In this document: positions 28,847 through 32,000 of the stretch, one piece after another
How positions within the stretch are numbered: the stretch's first letter is position 1
How the letters are laid out: every line of letters starts with the position of its first letter
Assembly: GCF_900129365.1 (NCBI RefSeq)
Contig: NZ_FQVM01000005.1
Coordinates: 100,710-132,709, forward strand
Origin: Clostridium fallax
GTDB taxonomy: Bacteria; Bacillota; Clostridia; Clostridiales; Clostridiaceae
Direction: 5' to 3'
Length of the DNA stretch: 32,000 bases
Notes under the pieces: model-generated
What the model was told of the DNA's origin: nothing
Seen by the model: the letters and a program-made list of their open reading frames with translations, nothing else
The model's database searches: none
Program-made: the position numbers and the translations under genes

Positions 28847-28873
28847 TTATCGTATATTTTTTAAATAAATTAA
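28847..28873 (-). promoter_or_regulatory. Candidate sigma-D (sigma-28) promoter of the MCP gene
   Basis: The minus strand reads TTAA-N15-TACGATAA against the consensus TAAA-N15-GCCGATAT. It lies about 45 nt upstream of the MCP start. The CGATAA core and spacing match the che-operon candidate at 5212-5238. Confidence 0.45.
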
Positions 28874-29012
28874 TGTTATTTGACTATTTTGTAAAAATCC
28901 TTATAAAAATTTGTTGTATTTTGTACATTTTAAAATATTGACAAATGTATAAACTCTATTTTATTTTCATATAATTTTAATTAATACTTATTTTTATGGA
29001 AAGGAGATATTT

Positions 29013-29279
29013 ATGAAAGTTATAAAAAGAAATGGTCGAACTGAAGAGTTTAACTTTGATAAATTAAAAACATCAATATATAGTGCTTCTTTAGAAGCAG
29101 AAATTCCTATGACAGAAAGTGATTTAAAAATAGTTTGTAATAATGTTTTAAAGATTATAGAAACCATAAGAAAGGATAATACTTCTAGTTATGAAATTTT
29201 TTCAGTAACAATTAATACTCTTATAGAAAATAATTTTTCAAAGGTTTCTAATTCATATTTCTCATTCTTACTTAAATAA
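29013..29279 (+). CDS. Stand-alone ATP-cone domain protein (88 aa)
   Basis: MKVIKRNGRTEEFNFDKLKTSIYSA... matches the ATP-cone N-terminal signature (V-x-KR-[DN]-G-x-x-E-x-F-x-x-x-K-[IL]) seen in NrdR, NrdA and NrdD. No other domain is attached. SD AAAGGAG lies 7 nt upstream, and the gene has its own terminator. Confidence 0.75.
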   Translation: MKVIKRNGRTEEFNFDKLKTSIYSASLEAEIPMTESDLKIVCNNVLKIIETIRKDNTSSYEIFSVTINTLIENNFSKVSNSYFSFLLK

Positions 29280-29312
29280 CTGTAATTAATAAAAAATTAT
29301 TCTAAAAAAAAT

Positions 29313-29352
29313 AAAATAGGTATAGGTTCTTTTAAAAACCTATACCTATTTT
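29313..29352. terminator. Bidirectional terminator between the ATP-cone gene (+) and aspA (-)
   Basis: Perfect 16-bp stem AAAATAGGTATAGGTT/AACCTATACCTATTTT with an 8-nt loop. A/T runs on both arms give U-tracts in either direction. Confidence 0.88.
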
Positions 29353-29384
29353 ATTAAGAAGTAAAAATATAATATACTAATAAT

Positions 29385-30791
29385 TTATAAAACTTTTTTT
29401 CCTGGTATTCCTGGATGAATCATTGCCATAGCATCTAAAACAGTATTTACTTCATCTTCTTTAAATATTCCTTCTTCTAAAACAATATCTTTAACAGCTC
29501 TTCCAGTTTTAATAGCCTTTTTAGCTATTCTAGCTGCTTCTTTATATCCAATATAAGGACAAGCTGCTGTAATTATTCCTACACTCTTTTCAACTAATTC
29601 CTTACATCTTTCTTCATTAGCAGTAATTCCCTTTATACAATTATCTACAAAGGTATGAATTCCATTAGTTAATGTGCTTATTGATTCAAATAAATTGTAG
29701 AATATAACTGGTTCAAAAGCATTTAATTCTAATTGACCTGCTTCTGCAGCCATAGTTACTGTCATATCATTTCCTATTATATTAAATGATATTTGATTTA
29801 TAACCTCAGGTATTACTGGATTTATTTTTCCTGGCATTATAGAGGAACCATTTTGTTTTGATGGTAAATTTATTTCTCCTATACCTGTTCTAGGACCTGA
29901 AGAAAGCAATCTTAAATCGTTTGCAATCTTAGATAAAGTTACTGCACAAGTTTTAATTACTGATGACACTTCTACATATTTATCCAAATTTTGAGTAGCA
30001 TCTATTAAGTTATCAGCTTGTTTTAGTTCAAGATTTGTAACTAAACTTAAATTAGGTACTATTCTTGTTTCATAATTTTCATCTGCATTTATACCAGTAC
30101 CTACTGCTGTTCCTCCAATATTTACAGTTCTTGCTACATCAATAGCCTTCTTTAATCTTCTTATATCCCTCTTAACAGCAGAACTATATGCACCAAATTC
30201 TTGTCCTAATGTTAATGGAACTGCATCTTGAAGTTGAGTTCTTCCCATTTTTATAACATTACTAAATTCTTCAGCTTTTCTATTAAATGCATCATCTAAT
30301 ATTATTAAAGCATCAACAGCTCTATCTAATAATTTTATTGTAGTAATATTTCCTGCTGTTGGTATTACATCATTAGTTGATTGTCCCATATTTACATGGT
30401 CATTTGGATGAACAACGGAATAATCTCCTTTTTTTCCACCTAATATTTCAATTGCTCTATTTGCAATTACTTCATTAGCATTCATATTCATTGAAGTACC
30501 TGCTCCACCTTGAATTGGATCTACTATAAATTGATCATGAAGTTTTCCTTCAATTATTTCATCACATGCAATTATTATTGCTCTCCCAATTTCTTTGTCT
30601 AATACTCCTACTTCCATATTAGACATTGCTGCAGCTTTTTTTATTTGAGCAAGACTTACAATTAATTCTTTTTGTAATTTTTGTTCAGTTATTCTAAAAT
30701 TTTCTGCACCTCTTAATGTTTGCACTCCATAATATGCTTGTTCTGGCACTTTCATTTCTCCTATTGAATCACTCTCAACCCTATAATTCAT
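29385..30791 (-). CDS. aspA: Aspartate ammonia-lyase (aspartase)
   Basis: Carries the fumarase/aspartase superfamily signature GSSIMPGKINP. The block QGGAGTSMNMNANEV is aspartase-type rather than the fumarase GSGTQ(T/S)NMN type, judged from memory. The track ORF starts at a GTG at 30800 inside the SD AGAGGTG. The ATG at 30791 (MNYRVESD) lies 6 nt after it. Confidence 0.85.
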   Translation of the reverse strand: MNYRVESDSIGEMKVPEQAYYGVQTLRGAENFRITEQKLQKELIVSLAQIKKAAAMSNMEVGVLDKEIGRAIIIACDEIIEGKLHDQFIVDPIQGGAGTSMNMNANEVIANRAIEILGGKKGDYSVVHPNDHVNMGQSTNDVIPTAGNITTIKLLDRAVDALIILDDAFNRKAEEFSNVIKMGRTQLQDAVPLTLGQEFGAYSSAVKRDIRRLKKAIDVARTVNIGGTAVGTGINADENYETRIVPNLSLVTNLELKQADNLIDATQNLDKYVEVSSVIKTCAVTLSKIANDLRLLSSGPRTGIGEINLPSKQNGSSIMPGKINPVIPEVINQISFNIIGNDMTVTMAAEAGQLELNAFEPVIFYNLFESISTLTNGIHTFVDNCIKGITANEERCKELVEKSVGIITAACPYIGYKEAARIAKKAIKTGRAVKDIVLEEGIFKEDEVNTVLDAMAMIHPGIPGKKVL

Positions 30792-30860
30792 ATATAACAC
30801 CTCTTATGCAATAAATCTTTTATTTTTTTGTTAAACACGAAATAATTACTTCATACCTTT

Positions 30861-30889
30861 ATTATATATCTACCAATTTTTATTGACAA
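30861..30889 (-). promoter_or_regulatory. Sigma-A promoter of aspA
   Basis: The minus strand reads TTGTCA (30884-30889), a 17-nt spacer, then TATAAT (30861-30866). This predicts a leader of about 60 nt. Confidence 0.6.
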
Positions 30890-31186
30890 CGTTTAAGCAA
30901 GTTTTTCTTCACTTTTTATTTTAAAAAAGTGATTTATGCAATTTAACCATCATTTTTGTGACACTTTACGATTTAATCCCTTACTTTTTTGGCACTCTCT
31001 TAATTGAATTTATTTCCATTATACTTTTATATGTATTTTTCATTAATTTTATAGAAAAATATATATTATATGAATTTATTAGATTTATCTTAATAATCTT
31101 ATATTTATTTTTTCACAATAACCCCTTTATCTTTCATATTCTAGTAATTTAAATATTTTCATCTTATAAATTTAATGAAAAATATA

Positions 31187-31215
31187 TTTATTTAATTTAT
31201 AAAACGTGTTAGAAT
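31187..31215 (+). promoter_or_regulatory. Possible extended -10 promoter of the purine permease gene
   Basis: TGtTAGAAT at 31207-31215 (TGn plus -10 hexamer TAGAAT) with a weak -35 TTTATT at 31187-31192 and a 17-nt spacer. It lies about 60 nt upstream of the ATG. Confidence 0.35.
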
Positions 31216-31274
31216 ATACATGCATCTTTATGATGTGGGCGGTGGAAGGGACCAATTTCGAAAGAGAGGATATT

Positions 31275-32000
31275 ATGAACAAATTTTTTCAACTAAAGAA
31301 AAACAATACTTCTTTAAAAACAGAAGTTATCGCTGGTCTTACAGCCTTCTTTTCAATTGTCTATATAATCGCTGTAAACGCTAGCATATTACAGGATGCA
31401 GGTATACCTATAGAAGCTGGTATATTAGCAACTGTATTTTCATCATTAGTAGGATGCTTTTTAGTTGCTATTTTCAGTAATGCACCACTTATAATAGTTC
31501 CTGGAATGGGAATTAATGCTTTATTTACTTATACAGTAGTAGGTAAATTAGGTTTAGACTACAAACAAGCTTTAGCAGCAGTATTTGTTGCTGGTATACT
31601 TTTTATAATAGTAGCTTTCTCTAAACTTTCAAAAATTCTATCAGAAAGTATACCTCATGGTCTTAAGGAAGCGATTACAGTAGGTATAGGTTTATTTATT
31701 GCTTTTATAGGATTCCAAAAGGGAGGATTAGTTGTTTCTCATCCAAATAACTTTGTTACATTAGGTAACTTATCTTCACCTATGGTTTACGTTACAATAA
31801 TAAACTTAATTATTACATTATTTTTATTTGTAAAAAATGTACCTGGTAACTTCTTAATAAGTATAATCTTAGGAACTGGTACATCTGCACTTTTCGGACT
31901 AATTGATTTTTCATCATTAGCATTTACAGCACCATCTTTTAGTGATTATTCAGGTGTATTTATGTCAATGGACTTTAGTGCTATAGGAAGTATACCTTTT
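31275..32000 (+). CDS. NCS2-family (AzgA/PbuG-type) adenine/guanine/hypoxanthine permease, N-terminal 242 codons; runs off the right edge
   Basis: Absent from the track because there is no stop in the window. Translation is MNKFFQLKKNNTSLKTEVIAGLTAFFSIVYIIAVNASILQDAGIPIEAGILATVFSSLVGCFLVAIFSNAPLIIVPGMGINALFTY..., a typical AzgA-type N-terminus. SD AGAGAGGA lies 6 nt upstream. Confidence 0.88.
   Translation, partial: MNKFFQLKKNNTSLKTEVIAGLTAFFSIVYIIAVNASILQDAGIPIEAGILATVFSSLVGCFLVAIFSNAPLIIVPGMGINALFTYTVVGKLGLDYKQALAAVFVAGILFIIVAFSKLSKILSESIPHGLKEAITVGIGLFIAFIGFQKGGLVVSHPNNFVTLGNLSSPMVYVTIINLIITLFLFVKNVPGNFLISIILGTGTSALFGLIDFSSLAFTAPSFSDYSGVFMSMDFSAIGSIPF

Noticed and set aside
30828-30845. 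A Rex-like site, TTGTTAA-ACAC-GAAATAA, in the aspA leader.
   Set aside because: Only the left half-site matches, and the right half matches 4 of 7 positions. That is insufficient alone, so it is mentioned only as context for the strong site at 10913-10930.
30881-30896. A cre-like (CcpA) element, TGACAACGTTTAAG, overlapping the aspA -35.
   Set aside because: One half fits the consensus TGWAANCGNTNWCA well, but the other half misses the terminal C-A. The match is borderline and I cannot score it.
30958-31152. A 64-codon plus-strand ORF (MTLYDLIPYFFGTLLIEF...) that could be a small two-TM membrane protein.
   Set aside because: It has a GTG start with no Shine-Dalgarno. Its composition (F/I/L/Y) is what a T-rich strand of AT-rich DNA yields by chance, and it lies in a promoter spacer. 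It cannot be fully excluded without ribosome profiling.
1-32000. Search for mobile elements, CRISPR arrays, tRNA/rRNA genes, toxin-antitoxin pairs or defence-island hallmarks (nucleases, helicases, reverse transcriptases, STAND or TIR proteins and similar).
   Set aside because: No direct-repeat arrays, no transposase, integrase or phage-like ORFs, and no G+C-rich structured RNA of tRNA or rRNA type appear in any intergenic region. Every large ORF has a plausible housekeeping or chemotaxis assignment. I therefore do not claim a novel multi-gene system here.

Overview
This is a very AT-rich chromosomal segment, with intergenic stretches that are almost pure A/T. It looks like a motile, spore-forming Clostridium-type Firmicute; the genus is an inference from gene content and composition. 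I call 26 protein-coding genes, 22 of them on the minus strand, consistent with replication-co-oriented core genome. Two are cut by the window edges and are absent from the ORF track: cheA at the left edge and an NCS2 purine permease at the right. One more, a 59-aa alpha/beta-type SASP, falls below the track's size cut-off. From left to right on the minus strand: a chemotaxis operon (DUF342/FapA-cheW-cheD-cheB-cheR-cheA), a HAD-IB hydrolase, a Cys/His-repeat DUF1292 protein, a flavodoxin-PFOR unit, murG, a Cys-rich DUF5714-like protein behind M16 peptidase-recJ, a selU-parE-parC-DJ-1 unit, an orphan synthase-type GT2, DUF1294, an MCP and aspA. The plus strand carries the SASP gene, ytaF, a stand-alone ATP-cone gene and the permease. 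Most transcription units are bounded by clear rho-independent terminators. Several promoters and operators can be read directly: sigma-A promoters, two sigma-D-like promoters and one Rex-like operator. I see no rRNA, tRNA, CRISPR array, transposase, integrase, phage gene or defence-island hallmark. I do not find a convincing novel multi-gene system. The best leads are single poorly characterised genes: the Cys/His-repeat DUF1292 fusion, the Cys-rich recJ-linked protein, the free ATP-cone and a ParC-like subunit with an expanded C-terminal repeat domain. The regulatory sites add a little. All family assignments come from motif recognition by eye, not from database searches.
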